From Armatimonadota bacterium (GTDB lineage Bacteria; Armatimonadota; HRBIN16): a stretch of DNA of 64,000 bases. A model generated the notes under the pieces. That model saw only the letters and a list, made by a program, of their open reading frames with translations. It ran no database searches and was not told the origin of the DNA. The DNA is taken from positions 1,551-65,550 of the forward strand of contig PSLZ01000016.1 of NCBI GenBank assembly GCA_040289885.1, given 5' to 3'. Both the position numbers and the translations under genes were made by a program. Below, piece after piece: positions 20,071 to 28,979 of this stretch. Numbering within the stretch: the first letter of the stretch is position 1; each line of letters starts with the position of its first letter.

Positions 20071-21015
20071 ATGTTTGAAGTAACCTGTCTGGGCATTCTG
20101 GTGGCAGATGTGGTTGGCAAGCCCATCGATACCTATCCCGAGCGGGGTCGCCTGAACCTGGTGGAGCGAATGGAACTGCACAGCGGTGGCTGTGCGGCAA
20201 ACACGGGCGTCTCGCTGGCGAAGATCGGCATCAAGACAGCTGTCATCGGCAAGGTGGGCAACGACGGCTTTGGGGATTTTCTAGTGCAGGTGCTACAGAA
20301 GCACGGCATCGACACGCGCGGTGTGAAGCGCGACGAGAAGGAGGCTACCAGCGCCACGATGGTTATGGTGCACAGCGACGGCGAGCGCTCGTTCCTGCAC
20401 TATATTGGGGCGAACGCGACCCTGCGCCTGGAAGATGTGGACATGGACCTTGTGCGCCAAAGCAAGGTGCTCCATGTGGCCGGCGCGCTGGTCATGCCGG
20501 GCATTGACGGCGAGCCGACGGCGCAACTCCTGCGCCGCGCCAAAGAGATGGGTGTAATCACCAGCTTTGACACCGTTTGGAACGCTAACAGCGGGTGGAT
20601 GCAGACGATTAAGCCCTGCCTGCCCTACGTGGATTACATCATACCCAGCATCGAGGAAGCGAAGATGCTTACCGGCAAAGAGGAGCCCGAAGATATCGCA
20701 CAGGTCTTTCTGGACCATGGCGTGAAGGTCGTTGGCTTGAAGATGGGCGAGCGGGGCTGTTATATTCGCACCCCGGAGGTGAAGCTGGCTATCCCGCGCT
20801 ATCAGGTGCAGGCGGTAGATGCGCTGGGCGCGGGCGATGCGTTTGCGGCGGGGTTCCTCACCGGCGTGGTGAAAGGTTGGGATCTGGAGCAGACGGGGCG
20901 GTTTGCAAACGCGGTGGGGGCTTTGTGTGTGACCGCCCTTGGCGCCACGACAGGCGTGCGTTCGCTAGAGGAGACGCTGGAGTTCATGCAAAAGACGCCG
21001 ATGGTTTCGAACTGA
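20071..21015 (+). CDS. PfkB-family carbohydrate kinase (ribokinase / 2-keto-3-deoxygluconate kinase-like).
   Basis: AGGAGG SD before ATG 20071. N-terminus CLGILVADVV and C-terminal DALGAGDAFAAGFL, the PfkB signature 2. Confidence 0.8.
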   Translation: MFEVTCLGILVADVVGKPIDTYPERGRLNLVERMELHSGGCAANTGVSLAKIGIKTAVIGKVGNDGFGDFLVQVLQKHGIDTRGVKRDEKEATSATMVMVHSDGERSFLHYIGANATLRLEDVDMDLVRQSKVLHVAGALVMPGIDGEPTAQLLRRAKEMGVITSFDTVWNANSGWMQTIKPCLPYVDYIIPSIEEAKMLTGKEEPEDIAQVFLDHGVKVVGLKMGERGCYIRTPEVKLAIPRYQVQAVDALGAGDAFAAGFLTGVVKGWDLEQTGRFANAVGALCVTALGATTGVRSLEETLEFMQKTPMVSN

Positions 21016-21062
21016 GAGGACTTCCTACCAAAAGAGGATAACCTCAATCGTGAGGTCGAGGC

Positions 21063-22531
21063 TTGGTGGTGAGAGCAATGCGGAAGGTGCAACGGCGAAT
21101 GTCTACGGGCATCGCCGGGCTGGACGAAGTGCTCGGTGGTGGGCTCATTCCTCAGCGTGCGTACCTCTTGCGGGGTGCTCCGGGCACAGGCAAGACACTG
21201 GTCGGACTGCATTTCCTAGCGGCGGGCGCACGGCGCGATAACCCATTGTTCATTGCGATGGAAGAGCCCGAGTATAAAATCCGTCAAAGCGCCGCCAGCA
21301 TGGGGTTGGACCTGCGTGGGGTACACTTTCTGAACCTCAGTCTATCTTCGGAGTTTTTTGCTCAGGCACAGACCTATGACCTGTTTGCGCCAGCAGAAGT
21401 AGATCGCTCGCCCACGACCAACTTGGTGGTGGAGCGCGTACGCGCGCTAAAGCCCAGCGGGTGTTTGTGGATTCGATGACCTACTTCCGCTACCTTGTGC
21501 CCAATGAGTTCGAGTACCGCAAGCAGGTCTTGTCGTTCCTGCGCTTTCTGGCGGACCAGGGCGCGACGGTGATGTTCACCTCCGAAAGCACTGTTCTGGC
21601 GCCGGATGATGACCTGCAAGCACTCAGCGATGGGGTCATCCATCTGGAGATGAACGGTGGCAACAGACGGCTGAGCGTGACCAAAATGCGGTGCAGTGCG
21701 TTCCGCTTGGGATGGCATGCCCTGCGTATCGATAAGCGGGGTCTGCGCGTATATCCCCATCTGCTTCCCGATCCCGGGCGTTTTACTGCCGTTCAGGAAC
21801 AGATTCCGTCGGGCATGCCTGCGCTGGATGAGCTTCTGCATGGCGGACTGGAACGGGGCACCATTGTGTTGATCACGGGTGCAAGCGGGGTCGGCAAGAC
21901 CACGTTGGGGATGCAGGTCATGAAGGAGGCGGCTACACGGGGGGAGCGATCGGTGGTATACACGTTCGAGGAGGAAGTGGCGCATATCCTGAGCCGGTGT
22001 GCCGCAGTGAGCATCCCTGCGAGGGAGATGAGCGAGCAGGGAACGCTCTCGTTGGTAAAGGTAGAGCCGTTACAGCATTCCGCCATCGAGTTCGCCTACC
22101 TGGTGCGCGACGAGGTGGAGAGGCGTGGGGCGCGCATCGTCATGATAGATAGCGTGGCAGGCTATCGACTGGCTCTGCATGGGGAAGACCTGGTGGGGCA
22201 ACTGCACGCGCTGTGTAAGTGGCTACAAAGCCGCGGCGTGCTAACGCTTCTGATCAACGAGACGCATGCCGTGTCGGGTCCATTGCTGGTCAGCGAAGTG
22301 GGGCTGAGCGATCTCGCGGACACGGTGCTGTTCCTGCGCTATGCGGAGAAGTACGCCCCTGAACGAACGGAGCTGACGCGGATCATCGGCGTGTTGAAGA
22401 AGCGGCTGAGCGACTTTGACCACACCGTTCGGGAGTTTCGCATCACCGCGCAGGGTGTTCAGATAGGACAGCCGATCCCTCATTGGCGCAACATCGTGGC
22501 AGACACACCAGTGTGGGGAGAGCGACCATGA
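21063..22531 (+). CDS. KaiC-like double RecA-superfamily ATPase (COG0467). It is interrupted by an apparent -1 frameshift near 21465-21480.
   Basis: Domain 1: GIAGLDEVLGGGLIPQRAYLLRGAPGTGKT. Domain 2: GMPALDELLHGGLERGTIVLITGASGVGKT. The frame change falls between ...RALKPSG and RVFVDSMTYF, the position of the KaiC RVxIDS motif. Confidence 0.7.
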
Positions 22532-23610
22532 ATCGCCTGCTTCTGATGCTGGCAAACCGAGCGAACCTGCGCCTGCTCGAGGAGACGCTAGCGGTGCGTT
22601 ACACCGCTACCCCGTTCGACGAGTCGCGGTATCGCGGCTCCTTACGCTCATGTGACCTGGTGATTGTGGACGGTGTCATGCTGGAGCGATACATGGACGC
22701 CATTTCGCAGGCGAAACAAGACGCTCTGCCGACGTTTCTGCCAGTTCTGCTCGTGACCTCACGGCAGGGAGCCGGGTTGGCAACGCGCAATCTGTGGAGG
22801 TCTATTGATGGAGTGATGCTCACACCGATTCAGCGGGTGGACCTCCAGGCGTGGGTGGAGGTGATGTTGCGAACGAGACAGCTCTCTCTGGAGCTGTATC
22901 AGCGCAACCAGGAGCTGGAGGCGTTTGTACATGCCGTAACGCACGAGCTGCGTGCCCCGCTACGTGCCATGACGGGCTTCGCCGAGGCGGTGATGGAGGA
23001 TGCCGGACTGCCGACAGACAGTGAGCCCTTCAGATACCTCCAGCGCATCGCCGAAGCGGCGCAGGAGATGAAGCGGGTTCTGGATTCTCTGCTGACCTTT
23101 ACTCGTCTCGGCAGGGAAGTGGAGATTCAACCAGTGTGGCTGAAGCCGCTGATAGACATCTGCTTGCGCGAGCTAGAACAGGAAATCACCCGGACGATGG
23201 CGCAGATAGAGTACAGCCTACAGTGCGAAGTGGTGGAATCCGATGCTTTGCTACTCAAGACGGTTATGAACAATCTGATTTCCAACGCGTTGAAGTTTCG
23301 CTTTAAGGAGAGACCGGTTTACGTACATATCTCCGCTTATCCGCGCGGAGAGTTCTGCCGTATCGAGGTGCAGGACAACGGCATCAGCATCCCACCCGAG
23401 GATACCGAGCGGGTGTTCGCTCCCTTCACGCGACTGCACGGCGTGGAGGAGTATCCGGGTGTGGGGTTGGGGTTGAGTATCGTCAAAAAGGCGGTCACAT
23501 CCATGAACGGACGATGTGGGGCGGTGTCACGCCTCAACGAGGGAAGCACGTTCTGGATCGAACTGCCGCTGACAGAGGATAACGGCGATGAGAGTGCTAT
23601 TGATAGATGA
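22528..23610 (+). CDS. Sensor histidine kinase with an N-terminal receiver-like (pseudo-receiver) domain.
   Basis: Its ATG overlaps the KaiC stop (ATGA). H-box HAVTHELRAPL, N-box NLISNALKF, G-boxes DNGISIPPE and GVGLGLSIV. Confidence 0.8.
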   Translation: MNRLLLMLANRANLRLLEETLAVRYTATPFDESRYRGSLRSCDLVIVDGVMLERYMDAISQAKQDALPTFLPVLLVTSRQGAGLATRNLWRSIDGVMLTPIQRVDLQAWVEVMLRTRQLSLELYQRNQELEAFVHAVTHELRAPLRAMTGFAEAVMEDAGLPTDSEPFRYLQRIAEAAQEMKRVLDSLLTFTRLGREVEIQPVWLKPLIDICLRELEQEITRTMAQIEYSLQCEVVESDALLLKTVMNNLISNALKFRFKERPVYVHISAYPRGEFCRIEVQDNGISIPPEDTERVFAPFTRLHGVEEYPGVGLGLSIVKKAVTSMNGRCGAVSRLNEGSTFWIELPLTEDNGDESAIDR

Positions 23611-25165
23611 GAACCCGAACGACCGGGAACTGATTAAGAGGTATTTGCGCAAACACATTGCGGACCTGCACGTGATCGAAGTGCCAAATCACGAACGCTT
23701 CAAGAAGGCGCTGGAAAGCGGAGGCTTTGATATCGTGCTGACTGACTATCATCTGCACTGGTCGGATGGGCTGACGGTTCTACAAGCCGTTAAGCTTCAG
23801 TATCCGCATATCTCCGTCATCATGGTGACCGATTCGGGGAGCGAGGAGATCGCCGTACAGGGGATGCGCGAAGGGCTCAGCGACTATGTGCTGAAAGGGC
23901 ATTTGGCGCGCCTGCCCAATGCGATGGTAGAGGCTATCGAGCGCGAAAGGCTGAAGCAGGAACACGCCGAGGCGGTTCAAGAGCTCCAACGGTCGCACCA
24001 GGCGCTTCAGGAGGCGATGAAGCAACTGCAGGAGACGCAACAGCAGGTGATTCAACAGCAGCGCCTGCATGCACTGGGCGAGATGGCAAGCGGGATTGCG
24101 CACGACTTCAACAACGCGCTCACACCCATTCTGGGGTTGACCGAGCTTCTGCTCGATAATCCCAGCGTCACTGTGGACCCACAGGTGCGTCGGTATCTGG
24201 AGATGATTCACACCGCGGCGCAAGATGCTGCGCAGACGGTTAGCCGTCTGCGCGAGTTCTACCGCCCTCGGGGACGCGCGGAGTTGCGCCAATCGGTAGA
24301 CGTGAATGAACTAGTGCAGGAGACGGTGGAACTGACCTCCCCGCGCTGGCGGGAACAGGCGGAAGCGAAAGGGGCTTTCATCCACATGCATGCCGACCTA
24401 CAGCCTGTCCCCCTCGTTTCGGCAAACGGTGGCGAACTGCGGGAGGTGCTGCAGAACCTTATCTTCAACGCGGTAGATGCGCTTCCGCGCGGCGGCGATA
24501 TTATCATCCGCACCCGCACGGTGAGCGAATCGGCGCGGTGCTGGGTGGTGATGGAGGTGGAGGATAACGGCATTGGGATGGACGAGGAGACGCGCGCCCG
24601 CTGTTTCGAGCCGTTCTTCAGCACCAAAGGGGAGCAAGGTTCGGGATTGGGGCTGGCGATGGTATACGGTATCGTTCAGCGGCACGATGGCAGAGTCGAT
24701 GTAGACAGCACAGTGGGCAAGGGAACGGCGGTGCGGGTGCACCTGCCTGTGGATCCCGTGCAAACCACCGCTATGGTCGTTCGAGAGGATTCCGCCCCTC
24801 AGCGTCCTCTGCGAATCCTGTGCGTGGAAGACAAGCCCCTCGTGCGTGAAGTTATCGTGGAGCATCTGCTCAGGCAGGGGCACACGGTAGAAGTGGCGTC
24901 GGACGGCAAGCAGGGGCTAGAGCGGTTCCTAGCGTCGCGCTACGACCTGGTGATCACCGACTTGGCGATGCCTGTCATGAACGGGGAACAGTTGGCAGTG
25001 GAGATCAAGAAGATTGCCCCCAACAAGCCCATCATTTTGCTCACCGGTTTTGGCGACCCGCGCCTGGCGCAAAACGCTTATTCCGACCTGGTGGACTGTG
25101 TGTTGATTAAGCCCGTTACGCTTTTCGCGCTGAGGCAAGCCATTGCCAAGGTCACCGCGGAGTAG
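23588..25165 (+). CDS. Hybrid histidine kinase / response regulator (REC-HisKA-HATPase-REC).
   Basis: REC1 [10 protein letters not shown]...VLTDYHL. H-box [10 protein letters not shown]. HATPase VEDNGIGMD...[12 protein letters not shown]2 [13 protein letters not shown]...VITDLAMP. It overlaps the upstream kinase by 23 nt. Confidence 0.8.
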   Translation: MRVLLIDENPNDRELIKRYLRKHIADLHVIEVPNHERFKKALESGGFDIVLTDYHLHWSDGLTVLQAVKLQYPHISVIMVTDSGSEEIAVQGMREGLSDYVLKGHLARLPNAMVEAIERERLKQEHAEAVQELQRSHQALQEAMKQLQETQQQVIQQQRLHALGEMASGIAHDFNNALTPILGLTELLLDNPSVTVDPQVRRYLEMIHTAAQDAAQTVSRLREFYRPRGRAELRQSVDVNELVQETVELTSPRWREQAEAKGAFIHMHADLQPVPLVSANGGELREVLQNLIFNAVDALPRGGDIIIRTRTVSESARCWVVMEVEDNGIGMDEETRARCFEPFFSTKGEQGSGLGLAMVYGIVQRHDGRVDVDSTVGKGTAVRVHLPVDPVQTTAMVVREDSAPQRPLRILCVEDKPLVREVIVEHLLRQGHTVEVASDGKQGLERFLASRYDLVITDLAMPVMNGEQLAVEIKKIAPNKPIILLTGFGDPRLAQNAYSDLVDCVLIKPVTLFALRQAIAKVTAE

Positions 25166-25203
25166 GGTATCATCAATGCGAAAACTTGCCGACGGAGGAG
25201 AAA

Positions 25204-25692
25204 ATGTCGCAACCACTGGTTGGGATACTGATGGGCAGTGATTCGGACCTGCCGGTGATGAAGCAGGCAGCGGAGGTGCTGGAGCAGTTTGGCGTTCCGT
25301 ATGAGATGCGCGTGTCTTCGGCGCACCGCACACCGTTTGATACCATCGAGTATGCCCGCACGGCGTACGAGCGCGGCTTGCGGGTGATTATCGCCGGCGC
25401 GGGGGGCGCGGCACACCTGCCGGGTGTACTGGCTGGCGTGACCACTTTGCCGGTGATCGGCGTGCCTATCGAGAGCAAGCTGCAGGGGCTGGACTCTCTG
25501 CTCTCCATCGTGCAGATGCCGTCGGGGGTTCCGGTGGCAACGGTAGCCATCGGCGGCGCACGCAACGCAGGCATTCTGGCGGTGCAGATACTGGCAACAG
25601 GTAACCCCGAACTGCACGCCAAGCTGGTGGAGTTCAAACAGCAGCTCGCCGAGCAATCGCGTGAGAAGAACCGGAAACTACAGGAAGGATAG
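25204..25692 (+). CDS. purE: 5-(carboxyamino)imidazole ribonucleotide mutase PurE.
   Basis: Motifs [39 protein letters not shown] and [23 protein letters not shown] before ATG 25204. Confidence 0.9.
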   Translation: MSQPLVGILMGSDSDLPVMKQAAEVLEQFGVPYEMRVSSAHRTPFDTIEYARTAYERGLRVIIAGAGGAAHLPGVLAGVTTLPVIGVPIESKLQGLDSLLSIVQMPSGVPVATVAIGGARNAGILAVQILATGNPELHAKLVEFKQQLAEQSREKNRKLQEG

Positions 25693-26739
25693 ATGGAAGA
25701 CAAGCGTTTGCGGCTAACTCAACTGGTACGCTGTGCGGGTTGAGCGAGCAAGCTGGGACCCACCCAGCTGGCGCAGGTTCTGCGTCAGTTCCCCGACATC
25801 GCTCATCCCGACCTGCTGGTAGGGGTTGACACCCGCGACGATGCAGGAGTGTTTCGCGTCCGCGAGGACCTGGCGCTCGTGCAGACGGTGGATTTCTTCA
25901 CGCCCGTCGTGGATGAGCCCTACTGGTACGGCGCCATCGCTGCCGCAAACAGCTTCAGCGACGTGTACGCGATGGGGGGCACACCGCTCACCGCGCTGAA
26001 CCTGGTGTGCTTCCCCATCGACAGCGCTCCCGCGGACATCCTCGCGGACATCCTGCGCGGCGGCTACGATAAGGCACAGGAGGCTGGCGTGGTGATACTG
26101 GGTGGGCACAGCGTGGACGACCCCGAGCCCAAGTACGGGATGGCGGTGACGGGAGTGGTGCACCCGCAGAAGGTGATCACCAACGCCGACGCCAAGCCGG
26201 GCGACCTGCTGGTGTTGACCAAACCGCTGGGCACGGGCATTATCACCACGGCAGCCAAGTTCGACGAGTGCCCTGCCGACGTGCTGGATGAGGCAATACG
26301 GGTGATGGCAGCGCTCAACGCCGGCGCAGCGCAGGCGATGCAGGAAGTGGGCGTGCACTCCGCCACAGACGTCACCGGATTCGGGCTGATCGGGCACCTG
26401 CACCAGATGGCGCAGGCAAGCGGGGTGGCGATACGCCTCCATGCCGGGCGGGTTCCGCTGTTACCAGCGGCGGAGCGGTTGGCTCTGCAGGGCAACACCA
26501 CGCGCGGAGGAAGCCTGAACCGCGAGTATGTGGCAGAGCTTCTGCGCTTTAGCGACCGCGTGCCGCTATCTCTACAGCATGTTCTGCTCGACCCTCAAAC
26601 GTCCGGGGGACTGGTGATCGCGGTGGAGCCGGAGCGTGTGTCCGCACTGTTAGAGGCACTGCACGCCCGCCAGACCCCTTGCGCCGAGGTCATCGGAGAG
26701 GTTCTGGAAGGACAGCCGGGGCAGATTGTGGTGGAGTAG
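25693..26739 (+). CDS. selD: Selenide, water dikinase SelD. It is a selenoprotein with in-frame UGA (Sec) at 25741-25743.
   Basis: ATG 25693 follows the purE stop directly. MEDKRLRLTQLVRCAG-U-ASKLGPTQLAQVL aligns with E. coli [20 protein letters not shown] (Sec at the Cys17 position, Lys20 kept). Downstream blocks VDFFTPVVDEPYWYGAIAAANSFSDVYAMGG and HSATDVTGFGL are SelD. The ORF track starts at 25849 only because of the UGA. Confidence 0.85.
25744..25775 (+). promoter_or_regulatory. SECIS-like hairpin immediately 3' of the selD UGA.
   Basis: agctggg-accca-cccagct (7-bp GC-rich stem, 5-nt loop) starts 8 nt after the UGA. This matches the bacterial SECIS placement. Confidence 0.5.
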
Positions 26740-26744
26740 TGCAG

Positions 26745-27623
26745 CTATTGCACGATTCCTGAGCCGTCAATGGGGAAGGAATCCAACACTACTAGCACCC
26801 CGTGCGACTCCGCCAGCGAGCGGGCGTTGCCGGTAACGCCCTTCCCCGCTACCACGGGCAGAGTGTTCCATCCCCGTTCACGCAGCACCGCCGCCCGTTC
26901 CAACGCACGCTCTACGTCGCTTTCGTCCACAGTCCACGAGATCTCCCATACCATCAGCCACTCTTCGTCGGTGGTGCGCCGCCGCCCAGTAACCAGTAGG
27001 TCTATCGCCAGAATCTGCTCCCACTCTTGTTTGCTCAGCGGACGTTGGTCATACAGTGAGTCAATCATCTGCCCTTTATCGACAACTCTCAGCCGGCGGA
27101 AGAAAAGCCCTAGGATCGCGGTGGCGTTGGCGCGGTAGTAGGATTCCAGATGGAATCCCTTCAGCTCGCCGACATCTTTCTGAATGCTGTCCACTCGCTC
27201 CACCAGTCTGTCCAGTCTGATGGTCAGTTCATCCACCCTGGCAGTGAGCTGTTCCAGCCTGGCAGTAAGGTCATTCACTCTGGCAGTGAGTTCATCCACC
27301 CTGGCAGTGAGCTGTTCCAGCCTGGCAGTAAGGTCATCCATTCTGGCGACGATCTGCCGATGGTGTTCGGCAAGTTGGCTCATCTTAGCGGTCAGGCTCT
27401 CTATCTGGCGGTTGTTGGCTTCCTGCTGTTCTGCAAGCTGGCGGAACCGTTTTTCGGTCTCCTCCGCGAGGCGTGTTAGCGCTTGCTCGAGGCGGTCGGT
27501 GCGTTCAGGCAGCTGCTGATAGCGTTCAGGCAGGAGTGCCTCCAGCAGGGGCTGTCGCCATTCTGGATGCTCCTGTAGGGCGCGGATAATGTCTTCCAGG
27601 GTTTCCCGTGCCATCTCTCTCAC
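26745..27623 (-). CDS. Hypothetical coiled-coil protein with 21-aa tandem repeats and a C-terminal PD-(D/E)XK-like (DUF3782-like) domain.
   Basis: Repeats DLTARLEQLTARVDELTARVN x2 with flanks. The C-terminus ...IDLLVTG...LMVWEISWTVDESDVERA...VVAGKGVTGNARSLAESHGVLVV resembles a restriction-endonuclease-like fold. Confidence 0.5.
   Translation of the reverse strand: MREMARETLEDIIRALQEHPEWRQPLLEALLPERYQQLPERTDRLEQALTRLAEETEKRFRQLAEQQEANNRQIESLTAKMSQLAEHHRQIVARMDDLTARLEQLTARVDELTARVNDLTARLEQLTARVDELTIRLDRLVERVDSIQKDVGELKGFHLESYYRANATAILGLFFRRLRVVDKGQMIDSLYDQRPLSKQEWEQILAIDLLVTGRRRTTDEEWLMVWEISWTVDESDVERALERAAVLRERGWNTLPVVAGKGVTGNARSLAESHGVLVVLDSFPIDGSGIVQ
27215..27355. repeat. 63-bp tandem DNA repeat (two full copies plus partial flanks) encoding the heptad-like coiled coil of the protein above.
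   Basis: gttcatccaccctggcagtgagctgttccagcctggcagtaaggtcat[t/c]cact recurs with period 63 (27226 and 27289). Confidence 0.8.
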
Positions 27624-27646
27624 TCCACTGTATTATACCACAGGGG

Positions 27647-28333
27647 CTATTTGGGCTGAGCGGGCGAGGCTGGGCGGAAGGCGGGATAGCCCCGGCTCTC
27701 CATCATCTCACCGATACGGCACATCACCTCCCGGCTGAAGGCGTCCCGTGCCTGACGGTCGCTCTCGTAGCGCTGGGCGAACTGCTCGTAGTACATCGGC
27801 TCGCCGAAGATGACCTTCAGGCGATGCCAACGGGGCAGGCGGGGGTCGGCGGGCAGGATTTCGCGCGTGCCGATGACCGCAGTAGGCACCACGGGCGCAC
27901 CGCTCATCTTTGCCAACAGTGCCACGCCGGTCTGAGGCTCCAGCAGGTAGCCATCTCCACTGCGTGTGCCCTCGGGGAACATAATCAACACTTCGCCTAG
28001 GCGGAGCACCTCCAGTGCCGTGCGCAGTGCCTGGCGGTCGGCGGCGTTCTGGTGCACCGGGAAACAGCCCATGCGCCGAATGTACCAGCCCAGAAGGGGT
28101 ATCTTGAACAGCGGCGCCTTGCCCATGAAACAGCAGCGGCGAGGCCAAGCAGCGCATCCCACCACTGGCGCGTCCATGTAGCTGGTGTGGTTTGGAGCCA
28201 GGATCGCCGCGCCGGGCGGGATGTTTTCGTGTCCTTCCACCTTCATCCCGAAGAAGAGGCGCAGGATGGGGCACACCACCCAGCGCGAGATCAGGTAGAG
28301 GGCTGGGCTTCGTTCGTGAACCGGGCACGGCAT
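27647..28333 (-). CDS. plsC: 1-acyl-sn-glycerol-3-phosphate acyltransferase PlsC.
   Basis: APNHTSYMDAPVV (NHxxxxD) and FPEGTRS motifs. The start was taken at MPCPVHE (28333). The 486-aa track ORF is a read-through artefact across cmk. Confidence 0.8.
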   Translation of the reverse strand: MPCPVHERSPALYLISRWVVCPILRLFFGMKVEGHENIPPGAAILAPNHTSYMDAPVVGCAAWPRRCCFMGKAPLFKIPLLGWYIRRMGCFPVHQNAADRQALRTALEVLRLGEVLIMFPEGTRSGDGYLLEPQTGVALLAKMSGAPVVPTAVIGTREILPADPRLPRWHRLKVIFGEPMYYEQFAQRYESDRQARDAFSREVMCRIGEMMESRGYPAFRPASPAQPK

Positions 28334-28974
28334 ATCCTCAGCACCTCCTCCACCACCTGCTCCAGAGTCATGTTGTCGGTGTCGATAATGACCGCGTCGG
28401 GTGCAGGGCGCAGGGGAGCGACGTGGCGTATGCTGTCGCGCTGGTCGCGGGCAGACATGTCCAGTTTGACCTGATGGAAGGAGATGTCGATGCCTCGCTC
28501 CAGCAGTTCCTTGTGGCGTCGGCGGGCGCGTTCCTCTATCGATGCGGTGAGGAAGATCTTCACCTGCGCGTTCGGAAAGACCACCGTGCCCGTGTCCCGT
28601 CCTTCGGCGACGGTGCCGCCCTGTTTTGCGAAGTCTCTCTGCCAGTCCAGCAGTATCTCGCGCACTTCGGGGATGGCGGAAATCGGCGAAGCGAGGTTGG
28701 CGACCTCCGGCGCGCGGATGGCTTCCGTAACATCCTCGCCGTCCACCAGCACGCGCTGTTCCCCGTTGTGCTGTTGCAGGTCCACTTTCGTCGCTCGGGT
28801 CATGTCCACGATGTAGCGGGTGTCCTGCGGGCGCAGGCCGTTCTTGATCGCCTTCCATGCCAGCGCGCGATACAGCGCCCCTGTGTCCAGGTAGCGGTAA
28901 CCCAGCGCCTGCGCCACCCGCTTTGCCACACTGCTCTTGCCCGCGCCGGCAGGCCCGTCGATAGCGATAACCAT
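28291..28974 (-). CDS. cmk: Cytidylate kinase Cmk.
   Basis: MVIAIDGPAGAGKSSVAKRVAQALGYRYLDTGALYRA P-loop and Cmk N-terminus. Confidence 0.9.
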   Translation of the reverse strand: MVIAIDGPAGAGKSSVAKRVAQALGYRYLDTGALYRALAWKAIKNGLRPQDTRYIVDMTRATKVDLQQHNGEQRVLVDGEDVTEAIRAPEVANLASPISAIPEVREILLDWQRDFAKQGGTVAEGRDTGTVVFPNAQVKIFLTASIEERARRRHKELLERGIDISFHQVKLDMSARDQRDSIRHVAPLRPAPDAVIIDTDNMTLEQVVEEVLRICRARFTNEAQPST

Positions 28975-28979
28975 CTGCT

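Noticed and set aside
25714-26442. 242-aa minus-strand ORF
   Set aside because: Antisense to selD.
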